This document shows positions 1-8,480 of a DNA stretch of 17,566 nt, piece by piece. Origin of the DNA: Anaerolineae bacterium (lineage in GTDB: Bacteria > Chloroflexota > Anaerolineae > S140-20). The notes below the pieces were generated by a model, which did not search any database, was not told the origin of the DNA, and saw nothing but the letters and a program-made list of their open reading frames with translations. Positions within the stretch are counted from its first letter, which is position 1. Each line of letters opens with the position of its first letter. The stretch lies in contig JALUTT010000019.1 of NCBI GenBank assembly GCA_027021705.1, forward strand, positions 1-17,566, read 5' to 3'. The translations under genes and the position numbers were made by a program.

Positions 1-1
1 C

Positions 2-30
2 ATTGTACCCTATTTCGCGGGTTGGCTCAA
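2..30 (-). promoter_or_regulatory. Putative sigma70-type promoter firing out of the left edge of the window
   Basis: Minus strand reads TTGAGC (30-25), a 17-nt spacer, then TACAAT (7-2). It lies in the AT-richer gap downstream of the response regulator. Confidence 0.5.
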
Positions 31-133
31 ATTCATTATGGGCAAGCTCCCCCCCCTTTTTCGACCATTTTACGAAGCCCAGAGCCCATTTCGGCTACCT
101 GTAGGTCCCCAACTCGATACGCTCGCGATCGCA

Positions 134-970
134 TTAAGATCTGGTTGGCTTGGTTGGGGGGGCTGGGTAGGCGAAGAGGTAGCCGCTCCCCCGCACCGTC
201 TGGATGTAACGAGGGCTGGTGGGGTCGGGCTCCAGTTTGCGCCGGAGACGGTAGATGGGGGCTCGCACCAGGTCCCGGGCTTCGGCCTCCGAGACATCGA
301 AGCCGTGGATGGCGCGGACGATGGCGCGGGGCGGGAAGACCTGACCGGGATGGGCCATCAGGAGGGCCAGGATCTCCGTCTCCAAGGGCGAGAGGGCGAT
401 GGTCTCATCTCCTCGGATGACCAGCTTCTTCTCTCGGTCGAGGACCAGGGAGCCGACCTGGAGGAAACGAGCGGGAGAAGGAGCCGAAGGTACGGTTTCC
501 CGGTCCTCGGGAGCCTCTAGGACGGCGAGAGCTTCGTGAAGGAGGTGAGCAGCCCTGCGAAGGTGCTGTTGGGCCCGCCGCTGGTCCAGGGCCTTCTCGA
601 TGCTGGAGACGATCTGGGGAAAGGGACAGGGCTTCAGCAGGTAGTCGTGGGCCCCGGCACGCACGGCGGCGATGGCCGATTCCAGAGTCGCGTGAGCCGT
701 CAACAGGACGACCTCCACGTCCAGGTCCTGCTCCTGGATGAACTGGAGCACAGCCACACCGTCCAGGTCGGGCATCCGCAGGTCCAGGAGCACCAGGTCG
801 AAGGGGGTCTGCTGTAGCATCTCTAATGCCACACGCCCCGACGCCGCCCCGTGAGCGGTAAACCCCATCAGGCTCAGGGCGCGGACGAGCAGGTGTCGCG
901 TGCTGTCCTCGTCGTCCACAACCAGGATCCGGGCCCCAGGATGGCGCGTGGTTGGGGATGGGTCGGTCAT
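134..970 (-). CDS. Two-component response regulator: N-terminal receiver domain plus C-terminal OmpR/PhoB-type winged-helix DNA-binding domain
   Basis: Receiver motifs ILVVDDE, DLVLLDLRMPDLDG, LTAH and DYLLKP. C-terminal LSPLETEILALLM...IYRLRRKLEPDPTSPRYIQTVRGSGY is the Trans_reg_C signature. The start overlaps the kinase stop (ATGA at 970-967). Confidence 0.95.
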   Translation of the reverse strand: MTDPSPTTRHPGARILVVDDEDSTRHLLVRALSLMGFTAHGAASGRVALEMLQQTPFDLVLLDLRMPDLDGVAVLQFIQEQDLDVEVVLLTAHATLESAIAAVRAGAHDYLLKPCPFPQIVSSIEKALDQRRAQQHLRRAAHLLHEALAVLEAPEDRETVPSAPSPARFLQVGSLVLDREKKLVIRGDETIALSPLETEILALLMAHPGQVFPPRAIVRAIHGFDVSEAEARDLVRAPIYRLRRKLEPDPTSPRYIQTVRGSGYLFAYPAPPTKPTRS

Positions 971-3900
971 GGCTCTTCCTTGCTCGCAGATACGGCTTCC
1001 AGGGTCAGGGCCGGTAGTTGGATGGTGAAGCGTGCGCCTCCCTGGGGGCGGTTCTCTGCCCGAATGCTCCCCCCGTAGCGCTCGACGATGCTCAGGCTGA
1101 TGCTCAGCCCCAGTCCCGTGCCGTCGGGCTTGGACGTGAAAAAGGGCTCAAAGAGATGGGGCAGGATCTCCGGGGGAATGCCCGGTCCGGTATCTTCGAA
1201 GACGACGTGTGCTTCCTGCGCGTCCCTTACCCACCGGGTGGTGATTTGGAGCTCTCCCCCTGTGGGCATCGCTTCGATGGCGTTCAGAATGAGGTTCAAA
1301 AAGACCTGGCTGAGCTGCTCTTCGGAGGCGAGGACGGGCGGCAGATCGGGAGCCAAGTCCTGGCGCACGACGATCTGGCTGTGCTGAAGCTGTTTGCGCG
1401 TCAGCACCAGGACGTTGCGCAACACCCGATGGAGGTTGAGGGGCCTTCCCGTCTCCTGGCGAGGACGGGCGAAGGCCAAGGTCTGCTCCACGATGCGCAT
1501 CAAGCGGGTGACCTCCTCCTGGGTGATGCGGAGGATCTCCTCCCGCTCCTGATCGTCCATCGGGAACTGGAGCAGCAGGTGCAAGCTGTTGTGAATGGCT
1601 TGGAGGGGGTTGTTGATCTCGTGAGCCAGCGAAGCGGCCAGTCTTCCCAGGGCGGCCAGTTTCTCCGTCTGGATCGCCCGGTTCTGGAGGAGCCGCTCCT
1701 GGGTGACATCGCGCACCACCTGGACGGCCCCCGTGATCTCACCGTTGTGATCGAAGAGGGGGTAGGTGCGCACGGCCAAGACGGCCTTCCCGTCGGGGGT
1801 CTCTATCTCGCCCTGATGCAGGTGGCCTTCCTGCAGCGTCTGCAGGGAGAAACAGATTCCGTTGGATGGACCCCATCGGCGGAAGATCTCACGGCAGGTG
1901 CGTCCGACGATCTCCTCGGCAGGCTGACGCAGCAGGTGGGGGACGGCGTTGTTGACTCGACGAACGCGCAGGTCGGAGCCGTAGATGATCAACCCGTCGG
2001 TAATGCCGTTGAAGGTTGCCTCCCACTCCACCTGCGCGTTGCGCACTTGCTGGTGGAGCCGGGCATTGGCGATGGCTGCGGCGGCCGACACCGCGATGGC
2101 GCTCAACAACCGTCGGTCCTTGCCATCGAAGGGCCCCGTCCGCTTGTTGAAGAGGGCCACAACTCCCACCACGTCTTCCTGATGGGTTAAGGGAACGGCG
2201 AGCACCGAGCGCACCCAGGACGGCGGTGCCGAGGGGAGCATCGCCGTGAGCTCCCGTTGGGTGAGTCGAAGGGTCCGGTGGCGTTGGACAACCCTCTCGA
2301 TGAGGGGCTGGAGGGGGGCGAGGCGATGGGGCGAGGGTGTCGCCTGACCATCGCTGTGGACGATCTGGAGTGCCGGCCTTTCCTCCTCCACCAACCAGAT
2401 GGCCCCATCCTCGCTCTCCAACAGCTCGCAGGCCGCCTGGAGGGTGTTGGCCAGGACCTGGTCCATCTCCAGGCGCGAGCCGATGAGGTGGGCGATCTGC
2501 ATCAGCGTTTCCCGTTCAGCCGCTTGCTCCAGCCCCAGGTTGAAGAGTTCGGAGTTCTGAAGCATCAAGGCGACGCCGGAGGCGAAGGCTTCGGCCAGGT
2601 CCTGGTCGGTCTGGGTGAAAGTACGATCGCTCCCCGGCGCTTGGGTCAGGTAGAAGAGCCCCCACTGGCGCCCCGGAGTGCACAGGGGAATGCCTAGAAG
2701 GGCTCGGGGCAAGGGAGGCAGGGCACTGGGGAGATCCCTCTGCTCCGCAGGGATCACGGCCGACAGGCGGATGGTCTGGCCACGCCAAGGCTTGCCCAAC
2801 ACGCGATGGGTTCGCAACGCTGTGAAGTGAGCCCGGGAACGGGTCAACGGGGCAGTACCGTGGATCAGGAACTCGATCACCTCACCGTAGGTATCGGTTA
2901 GGATCAGCAGGCCTGAGTGGGCGTTCACCAGACGGACGACCCAGCCCAGGAGGTCTTGCAGATCGGATCTGTCCAAGGGGAGACGTCCTATCAGGTCCTG
3001 GAAGGCACGGGTCAGGACCTCCAACTGGCGGGCCCGGTGCACCATCACCTGCCGGCTCTCCTCCAGCGAGGCGTAAAGGCGGGCGTTCTCCAGGGAGACG
3101 GCGATCTGGTCGGCCAAGGTCTGGAGCAGGAGTTGCTCGTCCTCCGTCAAGGGGTTAGGCTGGTGTCCTCCTACATCCAGGACGCCCAGGACCCGCTCCT
3201 GGGTGCGGAGGGGGAAGATTAGGCGAGGGTAGAGGGCACCCAGCGCCTTCGAGGGGAGTAGGCGTGCAGCCTGGTGGGGATCGGACACGGAGACCTGCAG
3301 TCCTTCCCGGGCTGCTTGGTAGATGCCGCTGTCGGGAGGCAGCGGACGCCCGCCGATCTCGGTCAGCAAAGGGGCGGCCAGAGGGCCGGCAGCGATGGTG
3401 TAGACCAGGTCGTCTCCCTCCCACATAGCCAGCCCGACGAAGGGGTATCCCATCGCCGCCTGGATCAACTCGACCGCTTCGTGGAGCAGGCTATAGGGAG
3501 TGCGCAGGGTGCTGAGCCGGTGGCTGAGCTGGTTGATGAGAAGCAGGCGGTCCGAGGGGACGAAGGATGGTCGGTGCACTGCCTGGGAGGCCAGGTTCCG
3601 GGCCACCCGGATGGCCGCGGAGGTGGAGAGCCAGTGGGCGATCCGCTCCCGGAGCTCAAACGGGGAGAAGGGCTTGGAGATGAAATCGTTCGCCCCGGCG
3701 GTCAGCGCCCTTCGACGGTCCTGCAGAGAGCCCCGAGCGGTCAGGAGCACGATCGGGACATCTGTCAGACCAATCTCCTGCCGGATCGCCTGGCAGACGT
3801 CGTAGCCGTCCACGTCAGGCATCATCACGTCCAGCAGGATCAGGTCAACGGTGTCGCCTTCTTCCCGAAGAAAGTCCAGGGCTTCGTTCCCGGAGAAGGC

Positions 3901-4062
3901 GTGGCTGATCCGGGTAGCAACGCGGCGTAGGACCCCTTTCAAGAGCGCGTGGAGCTCGGGGTCATCGTCTATGAGCAGGATGTGGAACGAGATGGGTTCC
4001 GACGGAACGGACGCAGAGGCTGCGGGAGGTTCCGTCTGGGTGTCGTGGTTGTCCTCTTCCAT
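967..4062 (-). CDS. Cytoplasmic hybrid sensor histidine kinase (REC-GAF-GAF-GAF-PAS-HisKA-HATPase_c)
   Basis: N-terminal REC (ILLIDDD, LILLDVMMPDVDG, FISKPF). Three GAF-like segments end in ENARLY, QNSELF and ANARLH. A PAS-like segment runs TFNGITDGLII...VVRDVT. H-box LAHEINNPL, N-box QVFLNLILNAIEAM, G1 DTGPGI, F FEPFF, G2 GTGLGL. No obvious transmembrane segment. Confidence 0.95.
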   Translation of the reverse strand: MEEDNHDTQTEPPAASASVPSEPISFHILLIDDDPELHALLKGVLRRVATRISHAFSGNEALDFLREEGDTVDLILLDVMMPDVDGYDVCQAIRQEIGLTDVPIVLLTARGSLQDRRRALTAGANDFISKPFSPFELRERIAHWLSTSAAIRVARNLASQAVHRPSFVPSDRLLLINQLSHRLSTLRTPYSLLHEAVELIQAAMGYPFVGLAMWEGDDLVYTIAAGPLAAPLLTEIGGRPLPPDSGIYQAAREGLQVSVSDPHQAARLLPSKALGALYPRLIFPLRTQERVLGVLDVGGHQPNPLTEDEQLLLQTLADQIAVSLENARLYASLEESRQVMVHRARQLEVLTRAFQDLIGRLPLDRSDLQDLLGWVVRLVNAHSGLLILTDTYGEVIEFLIHGTAPLTRSRAHFTALRTHRVLGKPWRGQTIRLSAVIPAEQRDLPSALPPLPRALLGIPLCTPGRQWGLFYLTQAPGSDRTFTQTDQDLAEAFASGVALMLQNSELFNLGLEQAAERETLMQIAHLIGSRLEMDQVLANTLQAACELLESEDGAIWLVEEERPALQIVHSDGQATPSPHRLAPLQPLIERVVQRHRTLRLTQRELTAMLPSAPPSWVRSVLAVPLTHQEDVVGVVALFNKRTGPFDGKDRRLLSAIAVSAAAAIANARLHQQVRNAQVEWEATFNGITDGLIIYGSDLRVRRVNNAVPHLLRQPAEEIVGRTCREIFRRWGPSNGICFSLQTLQEGHLHQGEIETPDGKAVLAVRTYPLFDHNGEITGAVQVVRDVTQERLLQNRAIQTEKLAALGRLAASLAHEINNPLQAIHNSLHLLLQFPMDDQEREEILRITQEEVTRLMRIVEQTLAFARPRQETGRPLNLHRVLRNVLVLTRKQLQHSQIVVRQDLAPDLPPVLASEEQLSQVFLNLILNAIEAMPTGGELQITTRWVRDAQEAHVVFEDTGPGIPPEILPHLFEPFFTSKPDGTGLGLSISLSIVERYGGSIRAENRPQGGARFTIQLPALTLEAVSASKEEP

Positions 4063-4125
4063 ACAGCTTTGCTAGCAGGGTGCTCTCGTGCGACAGGATA
4101 CAGCCTCTTGAGAGGATGGGCTTCT

Positions 4126-4154
4126 ATTATACACTAGCTTTCTGATTTTTGCTA
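4126..4154 (-). promoter_or_regulatory. Putative promoter of the kinase/regulator pair
   Basis: Perfect TATAAT (4131-4126 on minus), 17-nt spacer, weak -35 TAGCAA (4154-4149), within an AT-rich intergenic patch. Confidence 0.5.
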
Positions 4155-4242
4155 TGACCCTCAGGGGGTTTTCAGAGCTTTTCCGTGCTCAAGCAAGCCC
4201 CAGATTCCCGGGGTCTCCGCTGGATCACCCGACCGAACGACC

Positions 4243-4312
4243 GAGGACTGAGGACTAAAGACCGAGGACTAGGGACTGAGGACTGAGGATTGAGGACTAA
4301 GGACCGAGGACT
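4243..4312. repeat. Heptamer tandem repeat (GAGGACT)x10, degenerate, overlapping the 3' end of pbpC
   Basis: Units in order: gaggact gaggact aaagacc gaggact agggact gaggact gaggatt gaggact aaggacc gaggact. On the minus strand they encode the SQSSVLSPQSSVLSP tail and the TAG stop (4271-4269). Confidence 0.9.
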
Positions 4313-6809
4313 GGGAAGGGCGGACCAGGATGGTGACGGGCCGGCTCTCCACGACCTCTCCGTCTGCCGTCCGTCCTCGGGCCACGAAGCGGTGCTCGCC
4401 CGGCGTCAGGGGCCAGAAGGTCCGGTAGGGGGGGCGGTCGAAGGTGGCCAAGGGCCGACCGTCGGCGTAGAGGGTGACCCGCACCAGGGAGACCCCGTCG
4501 CCGGGCCGGGCCGCCACCGGCACCTGCTGGGCCTCGGGGGGCAGGGTCGGGGAGAGCCAGTAGATGGTGCCCGGGTCGGGATGGGTCAGGACGATGGCCG
4601 CTCCGTCGTCCCACCGCCCTCTCGTCTCCTCCGACGGCCCTCCCACCCTCCCGCCGTCCGGCAGCCCGACCTCCCATCCCTGTTGCCGGGCCCACTCCCG
4701 CAACTCTTCGGGCAAGATGAGGACCACCCGCTCCTCGACCTGATCGGGCGGGGTCTCCGGCGTGGCCGGTTCTCCCGTCCGTCGGTCCACGCGCACCAGC
4801 CGGTGCCAGGTGTCCACCTCGGTGGGGGCCGTGCCGGCGATGAAGAGTTCCCGCCGTCGGTGGGGGCAGGCGGGGGAGGGGAGCATCCCGGAGAGGGAGC
4901 AGACCTCCACCCACTCCAAGCCGGGGGGTTCCGGGAAGGAGAGGGGCGGGCGGCCTTGGAGCACAGCCTCCATAAAGTCGTGCCAGATGGGGCCGGCGCC
5001 GGTGATGCCGGAGATGTTCTGCATCGGGCTGTTGTCGGCGTTGCCCACCCAGACGCCGACGGCCAGGTCGGGGGTGTAGCCCAGAGTCCAGTTGTCCCGC
5101 CAATCGGTCGTCGTGCCCGTCTTGGCCGCTGCCGGACGGGAGAGACGCAGCACGCTCCCCCGCCCGAAGGCCGGCGCCCGGGCCTGGTCGTCGGAGAGGA
5201 TGTGGGTGATCAGGTAGGCGACGCGGGGGTCCAGGACCTGGGGGCCGAGTTGGAGGTCGGCCCGGTAGAGCCGCCGGCCCGAGGCGTCCGCCACCTCCAG
5301 CACGGCGATGGGGTTCACCCGCCGCCCGCCGTTGGCGAAGGCGGCGTAGACCGCCGTCAGGTCCAGCAGCCGCACTTCCCCCCCACCCAGGGTGATGGCG
5401 AGGCCGTAGTCGGTGGGGTCGGTGAAGGTCGTCACCCCCAGCTCTCGCGCCAGCCCGATCATTCGGTCCAGCCCCACCTCCTGGAGCACACGGACGGCGG
5501 GCACGTTGTAGGAGGAGGCCAGGGCGACGCGGGCCGAGACGGGGCCGTGGAAACGGCGGTCGTAGTTGGTGGGGACGTAGGGGAGCCCTTCGCGGGTGGG
5601 GAAGCTGGTGCGCACGTCGGGGATGACCGAGGCCGGGGTGAGGGGGTGGGGGCGCGTGGGGTCGAAAGCGGCGGCGTAGGTGAGGGGTTTGATGGCCGAA
5701 CCGGGTTGGCGCAGGGCCAGGGCCCCGTTGACGGCCCCGTCAATGCGGGGGTCGAAGTAGTCGGGGCTGCCCACCATTGCCAGGACCTCGCCGGTACGGG
5801 GGTCCAGCGCGACCAGGGCGGCGTTGTGGACGTTGGGGTCGGGCCTCTCGGAGCCCAGCCGGTTCAGATGGCGGCGGACGATGGCCTCGGCGGTCCACTG
5901 CCAGTCTAGGTCCAGCGTCGTCGTCACCACCAGCCCCTGCCGGTAGATCGCTTCCAGGCCGTAGCGCTCCTCCAGCCACTCCCGGACGAACATCACGAAG
6001 TGGGGTGCTTCGATGGGAAAGGGGGTGGCGGCGAAGTGGAGGGGTTCCCGCTTGGCCAGCCGGGCCTCGTCGGGGGTGACGTAGCCCTGGCGGACCATCA
6101 GGTCCAGGACGACGGCCTGGCGTCGGCGGGCGGCCTGGGGGTTGACCAGCGGGTCGTAAGCTGCGGGGGCTTGGGGGAGGCCGGCCAGCAGGGCGCACTC
6201 GGCCAGGTCCAGGTCGGCCGCCGACTTGCCGAAGTAGACGTTGGCTGCGGCCTCGATGCCGTAGGCGAAGTTGCCGTAGTAGGTCTCGTTCAGGTAGAGG
6301 GTGAGGATCTCGTCCTTGCCGTAGCGGCGGGCCAGCCGCCAGGCCAGGATCGTCTCGCGGAGCTTGCGGGTGAGGGTGCGCTGCTGGCGCTCCTGGGGGT
6401 CCAGGAGCAGGTTGCGGGCCAGTTGTTGGGTGATGGTGGAGCCGCCGGCCAGCACCTCGCCGCCGCGCAGGTTGATCCAGGCCGCCCGCAGGATGCCCAG
6501 GGGGTCCACGCCGGGGTTGCGGTAGAAGTTGGCGTCCTCGGTGGCGATGGTCGCCTGCCGGCAGTAGAGGGGGATCTGGTCCAGGGTGAGGGGGGTGTGG
6601 CGGCCGGCGTGGGGGTCCACGATCTCGTAGAGGAGCCGGCCGTGGCGGTCCAGCAGGCGGGTGCTGGGGGCGCGCCGGCGCCGGTAGAGTTCGTCGGGCG
6701 AGGGGAGCCCGACGATCAGCGCAGCGTAAAGCCGCCAGAGCCCCATCCCGCTCAGGAGGAGCAGCAGGGATGCGGTTAAAAGGAGACGGTGGACGCGGAC
6801 TTTACGCAT
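4269..6809 (-). CDS. pbpC: Penicillin-binding protein 1C-type bifunctional transglycosylase/transpeptidase
   Basis: N-terminal membrane anchor. Transglycosylase motifs EDANFY, GGSTITQQL, RKLRE and YLNETYYG. Transpeptidase motifs SAIK (SxxK), SYN (SxN) and KTGT. Cys-containing VCSLSG...ACP segment and a C-terminal Ig-like domain as in PBP1C. Confidence 0.88.
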   Translation of the reverse strand: MRKVRVHRLLLTASLLLLLSGMGLWRLYAALIVGLPSPDELYRRRRAPSTRLLDRHGRLLYEIVDPHAGRHTPLTLDQIPLYCRQATIATEDANFYRNPGVDPLGILRAAWINLRGGEVLAGGSTITQQLARNLLLDPQERQQRTLTRKLRETILAWRLARRYGKDEILTLYLNETYYGNFAYGIEAAANVYFGKSAADLDLAECALLAGLPQAPAAYDPLVNPQAARRRQAVVLDLMVRQGYVTPDEARLAKREPLHFAATPFPIEAPHFVMFVREWLEERYGLEAIYRQGLVVTTTLDLDWQWTAEAIVRRHLNRLGSERPDPNVHNAALVALDPRTGEVLAMVGSPDYFDPRIDGAVNGALALRQPGSAIKPLTYAAAFDPTRPHPLTPASVIPDVRTSFPTREGLPYVPTNYDRRFHGPVSARVALASSYNVPAVRVLQEVGLDRMIGLARELGVTTFTDPTDYGLAITLGGGEVRLLDLTAVYAAFANGGRRVNPIAVLEVADASGRRLYRADLQLGPQVLDPRVAYLITHILSDDQARAPAFGRGSVLRLSRPAAAKTGTTTDWRDNWTLGYTPDLAVGVWVGNADNSPMQNISGITGAGPIWHDFMEAVLQGRPPLSFPEPPGLEWVEVCSLSGMLPSPACPHRRRELFIAGTAPTEVDTWHRLVRVDRRTGEPATPETPPDQVEERVVLILPEELREWARQQGWEVGLPDGGRVGGPSEETRGRWDDGAAIVLTHPDPGTIYWLSPTLPPEAQQVPVAARPGDGVSLVRVTLYADGRPLATFDRPPYRTFWPLTPGEHRFVARGRTADGEVVESRPVTILVRPSQSSVLSPQSSVLSP

Positions 6810-7123
6810 CTATTCGTGTCCTATCCGCCCGGTGATTGCCCCTATCTTTGGAGATAGGGAGACGAGCCGTCCACGAATGGGGCACGAATACACGAATGAA
6901 GGACCGCCTCCTTCGTGCATTGGTGAGCAATTCGTGGACGGCCTGCTACGGACCACCCTCTCGCTCCCTTGTGGGGAATCACCGCCTATCCGCGGTTTGA
7001 CCGTTCCTCCGTTCCTCGGTAATTGGGAAGGCCGGAGCCCCTCCGACCGCCGGTCGGACACTTCGGCGGCCGAGCGGGTCAGAGAAGCTCCCTGCGGGGG
7101 GAGGGAATACCGTGAATTGTTAC
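6806..7123. mobile_element. Degenerate MITE-like segment bounded by termini of the same family as the 8481-8602 element
   Basis: The right end read in reverse is GTAACAATTCAC...CCTCCCCCCGCAGG, compared with GTAACTGTTCACCCTCCCGCAGG at 8481. A weaker left end GCATCTATTC...CCTATCCGCCCG (from 6806) resembles GTATCTATTCAGCCTACCCTCCCG. No clean target duplication. Confidence 0.5.
6866..6942. repeat. Long imperfect palindrome (REP-like) built from CACGAAT units
   Basis: Perfect 13-bp arms GCCGTCCACGAAT (6866-6878) and ATTCGTGGACGGC (6930-6942). Inner arms CACGAATACACGAA / TTCGTGCATTGGTG match 12/14, and GAAGGA pairs with TCCTTC. An adjacent 8-bp hairpin CCCTATCT-ttgg-AGATAGGG lies at 6840-6859. Confidence 0.75.
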
Positions 7124-7217
7124 CGACTACTACAACCAGAGACAGGCCCAGGAGGCCGTTCGTGCTGCGGCAGAGATCATCCGGTTCTGTGAAGATCATC
7201 TCGTTGGATCGGGATGA
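7124..7217 (+). pseudogene. 3' remnant of a HEPN-domain gene (toxin partner of the MNT)
   Basis: The frame from 7122 reads TDYYNQRQAQEAVRAAAEIIRFCEDHLVGSG*, which resembles the C-terminal helix of COG2250-type HEPN proteins that overlap a downstream MNT. There is an in-frame TGA at 7113-7115 and no start codon or recognisable N-terminal half upstream. Confidence 0.75.
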
Positions 7218-7530
7218 GCTGTGGGCCAGGCTCCGCGCGATCGCTCACAGGATCAAGGTGGACCACAACAACGTTCTAGATGTCCGTGTCTTTGGTTCCA
7301 TTGCTCGAGGTGACCACGTAGGCACCAGTGATGTGGACATCCTCGTTATCCTGGCCGATGCACCGGACTACGGAGGGCCGTCGGCCAGGATCGAGCGCGG
7401 CCGGCTTTTCTACCCCTACTTCGACCTCCCCATCGGCGTGGACCTCCTCGTGTACACCGAGGCTGAGATTGCAGAGGATACCCCTTTCCTCTCCCAGATT
7501 TACGTGGAAAGCGTGTCCCTGTTGTCGTGA
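7162..7530 (+). CDS. Minimal nucleotidyltransferase (MNT, pol-beta superfamily; MNT-HEPN antitoxin type), 122 aa
   Basis: Motif VFGSIARGDHVGTSDVDILV (GSx10DxD) plus VDLLVYT. GTG at 7162 has GGAGG at 7151-7155. The longer ORF start at 6832 runs through repeat DNA. Confidence 0.88.
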   Translation: MLRQRSSGSVKIISLDRDELWARLRAIAHRIKVDHNNVLDVRVFGSIARGDHVGTSDVDILVILADAPDYGGPSARIERGRLFYPYFDLPIGVDLLVYTEAEIAEDTPFLSQIYVESVSLLS

Positions 7531-7638
7531 CGCTGCCCCACGGTTCCCTCCCGTCCCCTATGGGCTAACGAACCCAGAACGGGCCTGGCCGTTGCCCCTC
7601 ACCTTGGCCTGGGCTGACCGGTGAGCCGGTGAGAGGTC

Positions 7639-8466
7639 TCACTCCGTCAGGTAAGCCCGGCGCACGGCCCCGGGATCGTTGGAGGAGATGGTGTCCACCC
7701 CCATGGCGATGGCGGCCGGGTAGTCCCACCGGCGTCCTCCGGGGCTGACGGGAAAGCCGGCGGCGTGGGAAGCCCGGACGAGCAGCGGGGTGAGCATCGC
7801 CGTCGAAGGAGCGACGAAGTCCCCGCCCATCGCCTGGACGAAGGTGAGGGGGTGCAGGAGGAGGCGGCGCAGGGCCGGCAGCCGGGTCAACCCCGGAATG
7901 CGGTGGCTCAGCCGGGCCAACCAGCGGGCCAGACGCCCTCCCCGCACGATGGGGCCGGTGGGCAGGCCGGGCAGGCTTTCTTTGATCTGTAGGAGGCCCC
8001 GAGCGCTGTAGGAGATGCAGGCGGTCTGTTCCACCACACCGTGGCGACGCAGGAGCGCGGCGACGGCCGGGGCCAGCTCGGAGTCAAAGGCTCCGTGGTC
8101 GTACTTGAGCTCGAGGAGCAGCCCGATCCGGCCCCGCGCCCAGGCGAGCACCTCGGCCAGGGTGGGGATGGACTCCCCGACGAAGGCGGGGTCGAACCAC
8201 CGCCCTGCGTCCAGCCGCTTCAGCTCCTGCAAGGTGAGCTCCGCCACGGGGCCGTGCCCATCCGTCGTCCGGTCCACCGTGGCGTCGTGGATGACGACGA
8301 CGTGGCCGTCGGCGGAGCGCCGGACGTCCAACTCCACCACGTCGGCCCCCTCTTCCCAGGCTCTCTGGAAGGAGGCCATCGTGTTCTCCGGCGCAACGGC
8401 GCAGGCACCACGATGGCCCACCAGCCAGGGGCGCTCTCCATCGGCCCGCCATAGGTTCAGCTTCAT
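7639..8466 (-). CDS. Glycerophosphodiester phosphodiesterase (GDPD/UgpQ family)
   Basis: Motifs VGHRG, APENT, ELDVRRSADG, VIHD and IPTLAEVL, LLLELK, and C-terminal GVDTISSNDP. ATG at 8466 is preceded by GGAGG/GAGGGG. Confidence 0.9.
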   Translation of the reverse strand: MKLNLWRADGERPWLVGHRGACAVAPENTMASFQRAWEEGADVVELDVRRSADGHVVVIHDATVDRTTDGHGPVAELTLQELKRLDAGRWFDPAFVGESIPTLAEVLAWARGRIGLLLELKYDHGAFDSELAPAVAALLRRHGVVEQTACISYSARGLLQIKESLPGLPTGPIVRGGRLARWLARLSHRIPGLTRLPALRRLLLHPLTFVQAMGGDFVAPSTAMLTPLLVRASHAAGFPVSPGGRRWDYPAAIAMGVDTISSNDPGAVRRAYLTE

Positions 8467-8480
8467 CCCCTCTGGCCTCC

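Noticed and set aside
49..61. C8T5 tract as a phase-variable site or terminator
   Set aside because: It lies outside the -35/-10 spacer of the predicted promoter, and there is no convincing stem next to the T run.
4243..4312. CRISPR array
   Set aside because: The units are 7 bp, contiguous and have no spacers, and there are no cas genes in the window.
6832..7161. N-terminal extension of the MNT ORF (232 aa) and the antisense ORF 6810-7199
   Set aside because: Both run through palindromic repeat DNA. A GGAGG-GTG start at 7162 gives a normal-sized MNT.
7531..7638. Intrinsic terminator between the convergent MNT and GDPD genes
   Set aside because: Only short, weak hairpins (e.g. ACCGG-tgag-CCGGT) are present, and there is no U-tract on either strand.
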